Assembly: GCA_964013565.1 (NCBI GenBank)
Contig: CAXGWU010000008.1
Location: 30,950 to 62,949 of the forward strand
Origin: an uncultured Oligoflexia bacterium
Lineage (GTDB): Bacteria > Bdellovibrionota > UBA1018 > UBA6935
Direction: 5' to 3'
Length of the DNA stretch: 32,000 nucleotides
Shown: piece after piece, positions 1-8,809 of the stretch
Position numbering within the stretch: the first letter of the stretch is position 1
How the letters are laid out: every line of letters starts with the position of its first letter
The notes under the pieces: model-generated
What the model was told of the DNA's origin: nothing
Seen by the model: only the letters and a program-made list of their open reading frames with translations
Databases searched by the model: none
Program-made: the position numbers and the translations under genes

Positions 1-160
1 GTTGAGTTTCGTTGAGTTCAAATGGTTTTCTTTCTTTTTGATATTTTTGTCTTAATCCAATGTCTTGAAAGAAAAAGTAACATTTTTCCTTAAATGAAGG
101 TTTTCCAGCAAGTACTGGAGTTGAAAAAACAAGTAAAAACAACAGAGTTAGGATACGCAT
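1..160 (-). CDS. Partial ORF (N-terminal part only; runs off the window) encoding a hypothetical protein with a signal-peptide-like N-terminus
   Basis: Hand translation of the minus strand from ATG at 160 (alternative in-frame ATG at 172): MRILTLLFLLVFSTPVLAGKPSFKEKCYFFFQDIGLRQKYQKERKPFELNETQ..., open to the window edge. Hydrophobic N-terminus. Not in the supplied ORF track because it is truncated. Confidence 0.35.
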   Translation of the reverse strand, partial: MRILTLLFLLVFSTPVLAGKPSFKEKCYFFFQDIGLRQKYQKERKPFELNETQ

Positions 161-207
161 GACTTCATTCATGTAATTTTTAATGCGCGATGTCAATTTA
201 AAATAAT

Positions 208-1521
208 TTAAGCGTGCTTCCCAAAAATTAAACAGGCATTGGTTCCACCAAAACCAAAACTATTAGAGAGAGCGTACTCGACTGTTTTTTGAATCGATTG
301 ATGTGGGGTAAAGGAAACTCCAAGTTTCTCACATTCAGGATCGAGGTGATCTAAATTGATTGTAGGAGGAATTTGGTTATCTCTTGTTGCTAACAATGCA
401 AAGACTCCTTCAAGTGCACCAGCAGCTCCAAGTAAGTGCCCAGTCATTGATTTTGTAGAGCTAATATGAAGGTGCTCTTTTGCTTCTGGAAAAAGTTTAC
501 AAATAGCTTTGGCTTCCTCTACATCTCCTGCAGGAGTGGATGTTCCGTGAGCGTTTACATAATGTAATTTTTGCTTAGAAATTCCAGATCGTTCTAAGGC
601 CATTTTCATGGCTCGGTAACCTCCTTCGCCTTCAGGAGCAGGCGAAGTCATGTGGTAGGCGTCTCCGGAGAGTCCATAGCCGACGATCTCACCATAAATT
701 TTAGCGCCTCGCTTTAGAGCGTGTTCTCGTTCTTCAAGAACCATCATGGCAGATCCTTCACCCATGACAAACCCATCTCGATCAACATCAAAAGGACGAG
801 AGGCTTTTTGAGGTTCTTCAACTCGTGTTGAAAGGGCTTTCATTGATGCAAAACCACCAAGACCGAGAGGAGAAATGACTGATTCGGCACCTCCTGCTAA
901 CATGAGGTCGGCCATACCAAGTTGGATGTGATGAAAGGACTCTCCAATGCTATGGGCACTTGAAGAGCATGCAGTCACATTGCAGACATTGGGGCCTTTT
1001 AAATTCAGTAAAATTGAAAGTTGCCCGCTAGCGAGATTTGGAATGACTTGTGGTATGAAAAAAGGAGTGATCCGTTTATACCCCTTGGTCCGATAGGTTT
1101 CGTGAACCGCTTCAATTTCAGGAAGTCCACCCATTCCAACGCCGACATTGACACCGAAACGTGTTGAATCTAAAGAGTCTCTCAAAGAATCTAATCCAGA
1201 GTCCTCATAGGCTTCTATTCCTGCTGCTAGTGAGAGTTGAATGAAGCGTCCCATTTTTTTGAGTTCTTTTTTATCTGAAACTTGGGTGATGACTTTAGCG
1301 TCCGGGCTTTGAGATCCATAGGGACGAAGCGGGGGGCGGGGGGTGGTTAAATCCAACCCCTTTACCTCTCCTGCGAAAGGAACAGGACAGTCCTGAGAAT
1401 CAAAAAGTGAAATTGAATCAATTCCAGATTTTCCTAAAAGTGCGTTTTTCCAGGTGTCTTGGGCATTCAATCCTAAGGGAGAGACTGCACCAATTCCTGT
1501 CACAACAACTCTTCGGTTCAT
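208..1521 (-). CDS. fabF: Beta-ketoacyl-ACP synthase II (FabF)
   Basis: Active-site motifs are present: NVTACSSSAH (Cys), HGTSTPAGD and KSMTGHLLGAAG (His/His). N-terminus MNRRVVVTGIG is typical. I prefer the ATG at 1521 (GGA 6 nt upstream) over the track start at 1536. The gene sits in a fab cluster. Confidence 0.9.
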   Translation of the reverse strand: MNRRVVVTGIGAVSPLGLNAQDTWKNALLGKSGIDSISLFDSQDCPVPFAGEVKGLDLTTPRPPLRPYGSQSPDAKVITQVSDKKELKKMGRFIQLSLAAGIEAYEDSGLDSLRDSLDSTRFGVNVGVGMGGLPEIEAVHETYRTKGYKRITPFFIPQVIPNLASGQLSILLNLKGPNVCNVTACSSSAHSIGESFHHIQLGMADLMLAGGAESVISPLGLGGFASMKALSTRVEEPQKASRPFDVDRDGFVMGEGSAMMVLEEREHALKRGAKIYGEIVGYGLSGDAYHMTSPAPEGEGGYRAMKMALERSGISKQKLHYVNAHGTSTPAGDVEEAKAICKLFPEAKEHLHISSTKSMTGHLLGAAGALEGVFALLATRDNQIPPTINLDHLDPECEKLGVSFTPHQSIQKTVEYALSNSFGFGGTNACLIFGKHA

Positions 1522-1551
1522 GAGGTGTCCTGTCATTAGAAATGTAAAAAC

Positions 1552-1797
1552 TTAGTTAAGTTTCGCAGCAATGTACTGAGTGACGTCGCCTACTGTTTTT
1601 ATTTTTTCTGCATCTTCATCAGGGATATCTAAGTCAAACTCTTCTTCCATCGTCATGACGAGTTCAACAATATCTAAGCTGTCTGCACCTAGGTCTTCGA
1701 TAAACGAAGCTGCTGCAACTACTTTTTCTGATTCTACCGCGAGTTGGTCACAAATAATGTTTTTCACTCGTTCTTCAACTGCACTACCTTCTGCCAT
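1552..1797 (-). CDS. acpP: Acyl carrier protein
   Basis: 81 aa and acidic, with the phosphopantetheine attachment motif [13 protein letters not shown]. Located between fabG and fabF. Confidence 0.95.
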   Translation of the reverse strand: MAEGSAVEERVKNIICDQLAVESEKVVAAASFIEDLGADSLDIVELVMTMEEEFDLDIPDEDAEKIKTVGDVTQYIAAKLN

Positions 1798-1844
1798 CTT
1801 TTACTCCTTTAAGATCTTCTATTTTCTATGAAGTCTAAATTCAT

Positions 1845-2588
1845 TTACATATACATTCCACCATTAACACCAATGGTCTGCCCCGTAATATAGCGGCTTT
1901 CATCAGACGCAAGAAAAGAGACCAAAGATGCAATGTCTTGAGGTTCTCCCAGTGTTCCTAGAGGAATGCTGCGTAGAATCGCCTCTTTTTGGTCTTCAGT
2001 CAAGGCTCCTGTCATATCTGTTTGAATATATCCTGGGGTCACCGTGTTGACTCGTAATCCTCGTGAGGCAAATTCTTTGGCAACTGATTTAGTGAACCCA
2101 ATTAGTCCGGCTTTTGCGGCTGCGTATGCAGACTGTCCAGGATTACCCATTTCACCTACGACTGATGAAATTTGGATAATACTTCCTTTGCGTGTTTTCA
2201 TCATCGATTTAGCAACAGCTTTGGTGCAATAAATTGCTCCTTTGAGGTCGATGTCTAAAGTGGCATCTAAATCTTCAGGTTTCATGCGAATGAGTAAACT
2301 GTCTCGCGTGATTCCAGCGTTATTCACAAGGACATCTAATGGCCCCATCTCTTTTTGTAGTTTTCCTAAAACTTCTTCTACCGCTTGAAAATCCGAAACA
2401 TCGAGTTGAATTGCTTGAGCCTGTCCACCCGATTTTGAAATGTCATCAACGACTTCAATTGCTTTTTCTTTATTTGATGTGTAGTTCACAAATACAAAAA
2501 AACCATCTTTTGCGAGTCTTTTAGATATTTCAGCTCCAATTCCACGGGATCCCCCAGTGACGAGTGCTTTTCTTATTTGTTCAGCCAT
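1845..2588 (-). CDS. fabG: 3-oxoacyl-ACP reductase (SDR family)
   Basis: TGGSRGIG cofactor-binding motif, catalytic YAAAKAG (YxxxK) and NNAG motif. fab cluster context. Confidence 0.9.
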   Translation of the reverse strand: MAEQIRKALVTGGSRGIGAEISKRLAKDGFFVFVNYTSNKEKAIEVVDDISKSGGQAQAIQLDVSDFQAVEEVLGKLQKEMGPLDVLVNNAGITRDSLLIRMKPEDLDATLDIDLKGAIYCTKAVAKSMMKTRKGSIIQISSVVGEMGNPGQSAYAAAKAGLIGFTKSVAKEFASRGLRVNTVTPGYIQTDMTGALTEDQKEAILRSIPLGTLGEPQDIASLVSFLASDESRYITGQTIGVNGGMYM

Positions 2589-3559
2589 TCTTCAATTCCC
2601 TTTAAATCTTCAGGTTTACCCATGGATCGAACTTCGAATTCCTTCCCAGCAGATTTCGAAATTCTTTTGATGAGACCTGAGATTACTTTTCCATGTCCAA
2701 ATTCAATTCCTCGATCAATTCCTTCATTCATCATTGCATGAACTGATGGCTCCCAAAGAACGGGATGATCAATTTGCTCTCCAAGGAGTTTAAGAATGGA
2801 TCCTTTTTCTTGAGTTAAGCGACCTGTTCGGTTTGCAAAATAGGGGTGACTAGGAGTATTGACTTCAATTCCTTTTTCATTAAAAAGTGCTTCCATTCGA
2901 ATACGTGCAGGCTTCATTAAAGAGCAATGAAAGGGAGCGCTAACTTCTAGTTTTTTTGCTTTTCCTGTAATTTCACCAGACTTTAGAAGTTCAAGAGCGA
3001 CATCAATTGCGTCCGTTGATCCAGCAATAACAATCTGTCCTGGAGCGTTAAAGTTTGCAGGTTCAACGATTGGTTCGACTGAGTAGTGTTCTTTACGGTC
3101 TGATTTTGCTTTTTCTGTTGCTCTTTTACACAGTTCTTCTACCGATTCTGGAGACATTCCTAGTGTTGCAGCCATAGATCCTTCTCCTGAGGGAACGGCT
3201 TCTTGCATAGCTTGACCGCGCGCTTTCACCCACCGAGTTGCTTGGGCTAGGGGAAGTGCGCCAATGGCGACTAAAGCACTATATTCACCTAAAGAATGGC
3301 CCGCAGCATGTGTCGGGGTAAAATCGAGTTCTTTTTGGGCGACTCGAAAGGCCGCAATTGAATTCACTAAAAGACAAGGTTGTGTGTTTTCTGTTTGCAT
3401 CAAAACATCTGCAGGTCCTTCAAGACAGAGTTTTTTTAGATTGACCGAAATGGCGTCAGAAGCCTCTTCAAAGATTTCTTGTGCAATTTTAAACTCGGTA
3501 AGAAGTTCTTTTCCCATCCCCACTTGTTGGGACCCTTGTCCCGGAAAAAACGCAATCAT
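2573..3559 (-). CDS. fabD: Malonyl-CoA:ACP transacylase
   Basis: FPGQGSQ N-terminus and GHSLGEYSAL nucleophile elbow. Overlaps the fabG start by 16 nt. Confidence 0.9.
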   Translation of the reverse strand: MIAFFPGQGSQQVGMGKELLTEFKIAQEIFEEASDAISVNLKKLCLEGPADVLMQTENTQPCLLVNSIAAFRVAQKELDFTPTHAAGHSLGEYSALVAIGALPLAQATRWVKARGQAMQEAVPSGEGSMAATLGMSPESVEELCKRATEKAKSDRKEHYSVEPIVEPANFNAPGQIVIAGSTDAIDVALELLKSGEITGKAKKLEVSAPFHCSLMKPARIRMEALFNEKGIEVNTPSHPYFANRTGRLTQEKGSILKLLGEQIDHPVLWEPSVHAMMNEGIDRGIEFGHGKVISGLIKRISKSAGKEFEVRSMGKPEDLKGIEEWLNK

Positions 3560-3562
3560 GAT

Positions 3563-4570
3563 TCACCACCGTAAAAGAGCAGATCCATAAGTGAGTCCAG
3601 CTCCAAAAACGTCAAAGAGTACGAGGTCTCCTCGTTTTATTTTTCCTGTTTTTACTGCTTCAGCAAAAGCTGTAGGAACCGTTGCAGCAGAGGTATTGCC
3701 AAATCGATCGACATTGACGATGACCTTGTCCATTGGAACATTTAATTTTTTAGCAACATTTTCAATGATTCGTAAATTCGCTTGATGAGGGACAATCCAA
3801 TCAACGTCTTCGACAGAGAATTCGTTCGATTCAATCGCTTTTTTTGCGTAGGTCGCAAGGGTATTACAAGCTACTTTGAAAATCTCGCGTCCTTTCATTT
3901 TCATTTTGTGTTCTTGTCTTTCGTATACTTCCGGAGTGACTTCTTGGTTGGATCCTCCTGCAGGAATATAGAAGAGGTCCCAAAGGTTTCCGTCCGAGCC
4001 GACGTGTGTAGAGAAGAGACGGGAGGATTGATCTGAATGAGTCCTTTGAACCACAGCCGCTCCAGCACCATCACCAAAAAGAATTGAAGAAGTTCGGTCT
4101 CCCCAATTGAGATATGGACTGAGAACCTCTCCACCAATCACTAAAATGGTTTTGTGTGCTCCTGTTTTAATCATTTGGTCTGCGAGGTGAAGTCCATAGA
4201 CGAAGCCAGAACAGGCGGCATTGAGATCAAGTGCACCTGCTTGTAAAGCACCTAGCTTTTTCTGTAACCAGCAAGCAGTACTAGGAACTAAAGTATCTGG
4301 AGAACAGGTGGCGTAGAGAATTAAGTCAATGTCTTGAGGCTGAATATTCGCCATTTCCATCGCTTCAAGAGAAGCACGTAACCCAAGACTAGAATTTCTC
4401 TCATCCTCTTTTAGAGAAGAAATTCTTCGCTCACAGATACCGGTACGTTCACGAATCCATTGATCGTTTGTCTCAGCTCCGTGTTGAGCAATTTTTTTTG
4501 CGAGTTCTTCGTTGGTAACAATACCTTTGGGATGGGCAGATCCTATCCCTGAAATCCAAGAATGATGCAC
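3563..4570 (-). CDS. fabH: Beta-ketoacyl-ACP synthase III
   Basis: Catalytic triad contexts AACSGF (Cys), VPHQANLRII (His) and GNTSAAT (Asn). 335 aa. Confidence 0.9.
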   Translation of the reverse strand: MHHSWISGIGSAHPKGIVTNEELAKKIAQHGAETNDQWIRERTGICERRISSLKEDERNSSLGLRASLEAMEMANIQPQDIDLILYATCSPDTLVPSTACWLQKKLGALQAGALDLNAACSGFVYGLHLADQMIKTGAHKTILVIGGEVLSPYLNWGDRTSSILFGDGAGAAVVQRTHSDQSSRLFSTHVGSDGNLWDLFYIPAGGSNQEVTPEVYERQEHKMKMKGREIFKVACNTLATYAKKAIESNEFSVEDVDWIVPHQANLRIIENVAKKLNVPMDKVIVNVDRFGNTSAATVPTAFAEAVKTGKIKRGDLVLFDVFGAGLTYGSALLRW

Positions 4571-4580
4571 GTGATTTGAA

Positions 4581-4769
4581 TTAACTTAACGAAGTCGATA
4601 CAACTGGTTTTCCGTCGTAGTGTCCGCAATGAGAACAAACTCGGTGTGGACGAGTGAGGCTTTGACAGTTTTTGCATTGATGAGCTTCAACTGCAGATAA
4701 GCCACTTGCACTGTTGTGACGTCTTCGATCTCTTCGACCACGTGATGTTTTTTTCTTCGGTTGAGACAT
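4581..4769 (-). CDS. rpmF: 50S ribosomal protein L32
   Basis: 62 aa with a basic N-terminus (KKKTSRGRRDRRR) and a CxxC...CxxC zinc-ribbon (CKNC...CSHC). Conserved yceD-rpmF-fab synteny. Confidence 0.9.
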   Translation of the reverse strand: MSQPKKKTSRGRRDRRRHNSASGLSAVEAHQCKNCQSLTRPHRVCSHCGHYDGKPVVSTSLS

Positions 4770-4788
4770 AGGTCTTCTCCTTAGGCAT

Positions 4789-5466
4789 TTAGGACTTCTT
4801 TTTGTCCCTGACTTTAAAGTTTTTTAGCGAAGCAAAAGGTTGATGTTTTTCAAAACCTTCATCTTCTTTTGTTTTCTCCCCGAGGGCAGATTGCGGGTAG
4901 TTTGGGCACTTGCCTTCTCTGCAATCATCACTTTTCAGGGGTTGAAAGGGAACTTCTAGCTGAATTTGTTCATAAAGTACAGCACTTAAGTCAATAAAAT
5001 CTTCCTGGATAAAAATCATCTCAATATCAGCGTCTGGAGAGCCTAAGCTATCTTTATTTAAGTCGTTTCTACGAATCTGATGCGCTTGAACAGCTTTCCC
5101 AGAGGTCCCTCTGGCTCCCCCTAATTTTGCTTCTTCAGGGGAAAGCCCAGCCATCATTGGGTCTTTAGTGAAGAGACTCATGAATCGGCGTCCTACTGGC
5201 TTTGGAAAAGGATCGCCACACAGGCTACATAAAAGGTGAAGGCGTGTTTCAATTTCCCCTTTTAATTCAAATATTTCTCCTAGTTTTCTGATGTGAAACT
5301 GAATGGACGCAGATCGATTTCCTTTCATCAGATCAATCCTGCGCTTATCGACTATTGAATTACTGGTTTCGTCGTTTTGATTGAGAACCTGAGCGACCCA
5401 AGGTGTTTTTTCATTAAAATCAAGGATTTGTTCTTCTTCTTTGATTTGTTTCAAGTAGATTTTCAT
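4789..5466 (-). CDS. yceD: YceD/DUF177-family protein (large-subunit ribosome-associated accessory protein)
   Basis: Lies immediately upstream of rpmF, as in many bacteria. Has an internal CSLCGDPF motif and a C-terminal Cys pair. At 225 aa it is longer than the usual ~170 aa. Confidence 0.6.
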   Translation of the reverse strand: MKIYLKQIKEEEQILDFNEKTPWVAQVLNQNDETSNSIVDKRRIDLMKGNRSASIQFHIRKLGEIFELKGEIETRLHLLCSLCGDPFPKPVGRRFMSLFTKDPMMAGLSPEEAKLGGARGTSGKAVQAHQIRRNDLNKDSLGSPDADIEMIFIQEDFIDLSAVLYEQIQLEVPFQPLKSDDCREGKCPNYPQSALGEKTKEDEGFEKHQPFASLKNFKVRDKKKS

Positions 5467-5589
5467 GAAAAACGAGTCCTTTGGTCAATTGAGAAATTGG
5501 CCTGACTGTACCTGAAGGTTGAATGGAGAGTCAATACTGGACTGACTGCTGAATTCTTCTTGGATTTTCGTTGACTTAGGTACAGTGCA

Positions 5590-6321
5590 GTGGCAATCCA
5601 TAATTCTATGGCAAAAAAGAAAAAAGCAGCGAAGAAAAAGACAGCAAAGAAAAAAGTAACTAAGAAAACAACAAAGAAGGTTGCTAAAAAAACTGCAAAA
5701 AAAGCAGCAGCAGCTTCTAAAAAGAAGAAAGTTGCTAAAAAAACTGCAAAAAAAGCAGCTTCTAAACTCAGTAAGTTGAAGTCATTGGTGAAGGCTGCTA
5801 CCTCTACCACTCCTAAAAAAGCCAAAAAAACACCTGAAAAATCAACTAAGGCGAAAAAAACAGCCCCTCAGGTGGACGATTCAAAAGAGGTGAAGAAGAA
5901 GAAGCTGGTTACTTCTGATAAAGCGGCAAAAAAAGCACCTTCGAAAAAAATGCCTGTGATTGATTACGATAGCGATGATCATTACGATGATGTCTGTCGC
6001 GAAATTGGTTGCGAAGCAGATAGTATTTCTGCAGGATATTGCCGGCCTCATTACATTAAGAATTGGAAAAAAATTAAGCGTAAAGAAATTATCTTAAAAG
6101 AAGGAAAATTAAATCGATATATCGAGGAGCTGGTTGCAAAATACCCAGATAAATATATCGATGCGATTCGAAATGATATTTCTTCAGAGAAAGCTTTCTC
6201 TCAGGTGGTTACTGAACTGGAGTTAGGTGAATCGATTGATGATATGGATATGGAGGGAGATGATATTGACTCCCTCATTAGCAATATCCGTCAGGATATG
6301 GATGAGGAGAGCGAATTCTAA
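5590..6321 (+). CDS. Lys/Ala-rich histone-H1-like repeat protein with a C-terminal Cys/His motif and acidic tail
   Basis: The N-terminal ~120 aa is AKKxAKK-type low complexity. A C-x4-C-x9-C-x2-H motif (CREIGCEADSISAGYCRPH) lies at nt 5995-6051. The tail is acidic (DDMDMEGDDIDS...DEESEF). The track start is GTG at 5590; ATG at 5608 (MAKKKK) is an equally plausible start. Confidence 0.7.
   Translation: MAIHNSMAKKKKAAKKKTAKKKVTKKTTKKVAKKTAKKAAAASKKKKVAKKTAKKAASKLSKLKSLVKAATSTTPKKAKKTPEKSTKAKKTAPQVDDSKEVKKKKLVTSDKAAKKAPSKKMPVIDYDSDDHYDDVCREIGCEADSISAGYCRPHYIKNWKKIKRKEIILKEGKLNRYIEELVAKYPDKYIDAIRNDISSEKAFSQVVTELELGESIDDMDMEGDDIDSLISNIRQDMDEESEF
5680..5759 (+). repeat. Perfect 29-bp direct repeat (2 copies, 51-bp period) inside the Lys-rich gene
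   Basis: gttgctaaaaaaactgcaaaaaaagcagc occurs at 5680-5708 and again at 5731-5759. The period is 17 codons (VAKKTAKKAA unit). Confidence 0.85.
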
Positions 6322-6349
6322 ATTTTTTTGAAAATAAATTTAGGACTCC

Positions 6350-6931
6350 TTATTTTAACCGAATCGAGGCTTTTCTTTTCAACCATATTTTTTTTGTTTT
6401 TAGGGTGCGGGCAGAAATTTCACATCCAATTTTGGTTTTGTATCTACGAAATACAAGATTACTTCCCTTGAATGTATAGTCGGTGTCAGATTCGGAAATG
6501 ATGAGATCGACTTCTACTGCCCTTTCAAAATACGTGAGATTCATCCACTTTGATTCTTTTTTTGTACACTCTCCCTCGTAGACTTCATGAACGACAATAG
6601 AGTATCCACGTCTCCAAAGAAGTTGGATGGAGGATTCAGGTTCACAAGTTTGAGATTCGTATTCCCATTTACCTAATAAAAAGGAATTTTCTTTTGATGC
6701 TCGATCTCGGATCCAAATTTCGTGATTACCCAAAAGAACAATTTCAAATTCTTCACTTTCAAATGCCGTTGTTTCGGTATTATGAATCACGGAACCTATA
6801 GGCAGAACGTAAGAAAAAGAATTGGATTCACAAGGAGTCTGATTATATTCAAGCTCAAGTTTCCAATCCATGAGTTGAGCAAAGCTCGGTGTTGTGGAGA
6901 GGAAAAAAAGAAATGAAAACAAAGTGTTCAT
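6350..6931 (-). CDS. Secreted hypothetical protein (4 Cys)
   Basis: 193-aa ORF with signal peptide MNTLFSFLFFLSTTPSFAQ. I recognise no family motif. Confidence 0.55.
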   Translation of the reverse strand: MNTLFSFLFFLSTTPSFAQLMDWKLELEYNQTPCESNSFSYVLPIGSVIHNTETTAFESEEFEIVLLGNHEIWIRDRASKENSFLLGKWEYESQTCEPESSIQLLWRRGYSIVVHEVYEGECTKKESKWMNLTYFERAVEVDLIISESDTDYTFKGSNLVFRRYKTKIGCEISARTLKTKKIWLKRKASIRLK

Positions 6932-7007
6932 CTTTAATATCCTTTTTTATCGGTTATCTAGGGAGTAGCATAAGATGAATCAGTGTGTCAATCAGAAGGG
7001 AGGGGGC

Positions 7008-7622
7008 TTAGTGAACGTTCCCATCTCCTGAGTCGAATTTTCCTTTCTCAAGTTCAGCCTCAATTGCTTCCATTTGCTCTTCTTCGAGCTTTTGTAACTC
7101 CTCTTGATATTGAGGGTCGTTTTGAGAAAGCCACTCTTCTGTTTTTTTCTCTATCTCAGGATGAGTCCGGTCGACTCGAACAAAAATTTTCTTTTTGTTC
7201 ATTTCTGTCTCAGTCCATTCAAATGGAATGTCCTCAAAAGAAGAAAGAGAAGCATCTAAAATAGCTTTTCGGTGTTTGATTTCAAAAAGAACTTGAAGGA
7301 GAGCGCCTGAAGCATCAAGGCAAATAGACAGAAGGTCTTCTGCTGTAGGACGACTGGCATGCGGATCATAATCAATGCTTGTGTGAATGGTGGTTGCATT
7401 CATTTTGTCCTTAAATAAAAGCGAAACCGATAAAACGATTTCATCTAGAAAAATATTTCCGTGAACTGAGAAATAAGGTCCTTCCAAAAGCGAATTGAGA
7501 GTTGTGAGTTCTTGGTCAAAATTTTTTTCTAGTACCGATTGAACCATTCGAGTGTAGTCTGCAGGAACAGGTTGTTTTTTTTGTACCGAGTGGTCTTTTC
7601 TTTTTCTTTTCTCAATGATCAT
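7008..7622 (-). CDS. Hypothetical cytoplasmic protein with an acidic coiled-coil-like C-terminus, translationally coupled to the upstream protease gene
   Basis: 204-aa ORF whose start overlaps the protease stop (ATGA at 7619-7622). No signal peptide. C-terminus is EELQKLEEEQMEAIEAELEK. Confidence 0.55.
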   Translation of the reverse strand: MIIEKRKRKDHSVQKKQPVPADYTRMVQSVLEKNFDQELTTLNSLLEGPYFSVHGNIFLDEIVLSVSLLFKDKMNATTIHTSIDYDPHASRPTAEDLLSICLDASGALLQVLFEIKHRKAILDASLSSFEDIPFEWTETEMNKKKIFVRVDRTHPEIEKKTEEWLSQNDPQYQEELQKLEEEQMEAIEAELEKGKFDSGDGNVH

Positions 7623-8677
7623 AAAATTCCTTCTTGAGTTCCTTCGAGACGATGAGGCAATTCTTCAAGTTTTACTTTTGTTTTCTTTTTCTTTTTTCCA
7701 CGAAGATAAGTCATTTGTACTTCACTGCCTGGTCGAAATTTTCCTAAAATTCGATCAATATCGTGGAGTTCACTTACTTTTTTTCCGTTAATAGAAAGAA
7801 TGACATCTCCAAGATTAACTCCCGCTTTACCTGCAGGACCAGATTTTCTCATTTCGTAAATAATGACTCCTGATTTTGTCCCTAATCCGTAATACTGAGC
7901 AAGTTGAGGCGTCAAACGTTGGCCTAAAATTCCTAACCAAGGACGAGGAACTCTTCCATATTTTTTTAAATCAGGAATGACCTTCATGACATCTGCCATT
8001 GGAATCGCAAATCCAAGTCCTCCACTTTGTCCTGTTTTTGAGTAAATGACCGTGTTCACCCCAACAACTTCTCCGTTTTCATTGATGAGAGGGCCCCCCG
8101 AATTTCCAGGGTTAATTGAAGCATCTGTTTGCAAAAAGTTATCAAAAGGACCAATGCCAATCGTTCGATGTTTTGCGGAGATAATTCCTTTTGTTACGGT
8201 GTGTTGAAGTCCAAAAGGATTTCCAACTGCAACAACTGTCTCTCCAATTCGAATCTTTTCAGAATTTCCAGTGGGGAGTGAGACCCACTGAGCGTTCTTT
8301 TTTGGCTTCATTTTTAAAAGGGCGAGGTCGAGTTTTGCATCGCTTCCAATGATTCGGGCCGGAAATTCAGATTTATCATTCAAGATGACAACAACTTCGG
8401 TCGCCTGATTGACCACATGATGATTCGTGATCACGTATCCATTTTTAGAATCGATCACAAAACCAGAACCCAGCGTGCTTTGTTTTCTCTGTTGCGGAAT
8501 TCCCCAGCGTCTAAAAAATAAATCCATCGCATACACAGTACGCTCAACAATTGTGGTTGAACTAATATTAACAACTCCTGGAAGTGCTTTTTCAAGCATA
8601 TCTGGAAGAGAAGGAGCAGCTAGAGTCGTTAAACTCCAAAATAAGACGAACAAAGCAGGGAATCGAAATTGGATCAT
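7619..8677 (-). CDS. HtrA/DegS-like periplasmic serine protease (trypsin domain plus one PDZ)
   Basis: Catalytic contexts TNHHVV (His), DLALLK (Asp) and GNSGGPL (Ser). Hydrophobic N-terminal anchor/signal, and a C-terminal PDZ-like segment (GDVILSINGKKV). Confidence 0.85.
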   Translation of the reverse strand: MIQFRFPALFVLFWSLTTLAAPSLPDMLEKALPGVVNISSTTIVERTVYAMDLFFRRWGIPQQRKQSTLGSGFVIDSKNGYVITNHHVVNQATEVVVILNDKSEFPARIIGSDAKLDLALLKMKPKKNAQWVSLPTGNSEKIRIGETVVAVGNPFGLQHTVTKGIISAKHRTIGIGPFDNFLQTDASINPGNSGGPLINENGEVVGVNTVIYSKTGQSGGLGFAIPMADVMKVIPDLKKYGRVPRPWLGILGQRLTPQLAQYYGLGTKSGVIIYEMRKSGPAGKAGVNLGDVILSINGKKVSELHDIDRILGKFRPGSEVQMTYLRGKKKKKTKVKLEELPHRLEGTQEGIL

Positions 8678-8735
8678 GGGACCTTTTACGTCATTTGAAA
8701 GAAAAAGATCAAGAAAATCTTATGAATATGGAGAA

Positions 8736-8764
8736 TTGACCCTGTTCATACTTTTGTGTAGAAA
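8736..8764 (+). promoter_or_regulatory. Candidate sigma-70 promoter for the thiolase-scoAB operon
   Basis: TTGACC (8736-8741), a 17-nt spacer, then TAGAAA (8759-8764), about 45 nt upstream of ATG 8810. AAAGGA Shine-Dalgarno just before the start. Pattern match only. Confidence 0.3.
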
Positions 8765-8809
8765 AATCAAATGATTGGGAAAACCTCGATTCCTCAGAAA
8801 GGATAATTC

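Noticed and set aside
1327-1346. G-rich tract (G6-C-G6-T-GG) as a possible G-quadruplex
   Set aside because: It has only two long G runs plus a GG and lies inside the fabF coding sequence (Pro/Arg codons on the coding strand). There are not enough G-tracts for a canonical quadruplex.
1580-4137. Several 60-110-aa ORFs from the track (1580-1831, 2044-2232, 2339-2524, 3264-3590, 3591-3785, 3782-4036, 3901-4137)
   Set aside because: All lie antisense to, or out of frame within, strongly supported fab/acpP genes, and their translations show no recognisable features.
5463-5825. 120-aa minus-strand ORF rich in Phe, Ala and Val
   Set aside because: It is the antisense shadow of the Lys/Ala (AAG/AAA/GCN) repeat region of the plus-strand H1-like gene. 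It is low complexity with no independent start context.
6983-8774. Plus-strand ORFs 6983-7264 and 8427-8774
   Set aside because: They are antisense to the 204-aa ORF and the HtrA-like gene respectively, with no start context or recognisable motifs.
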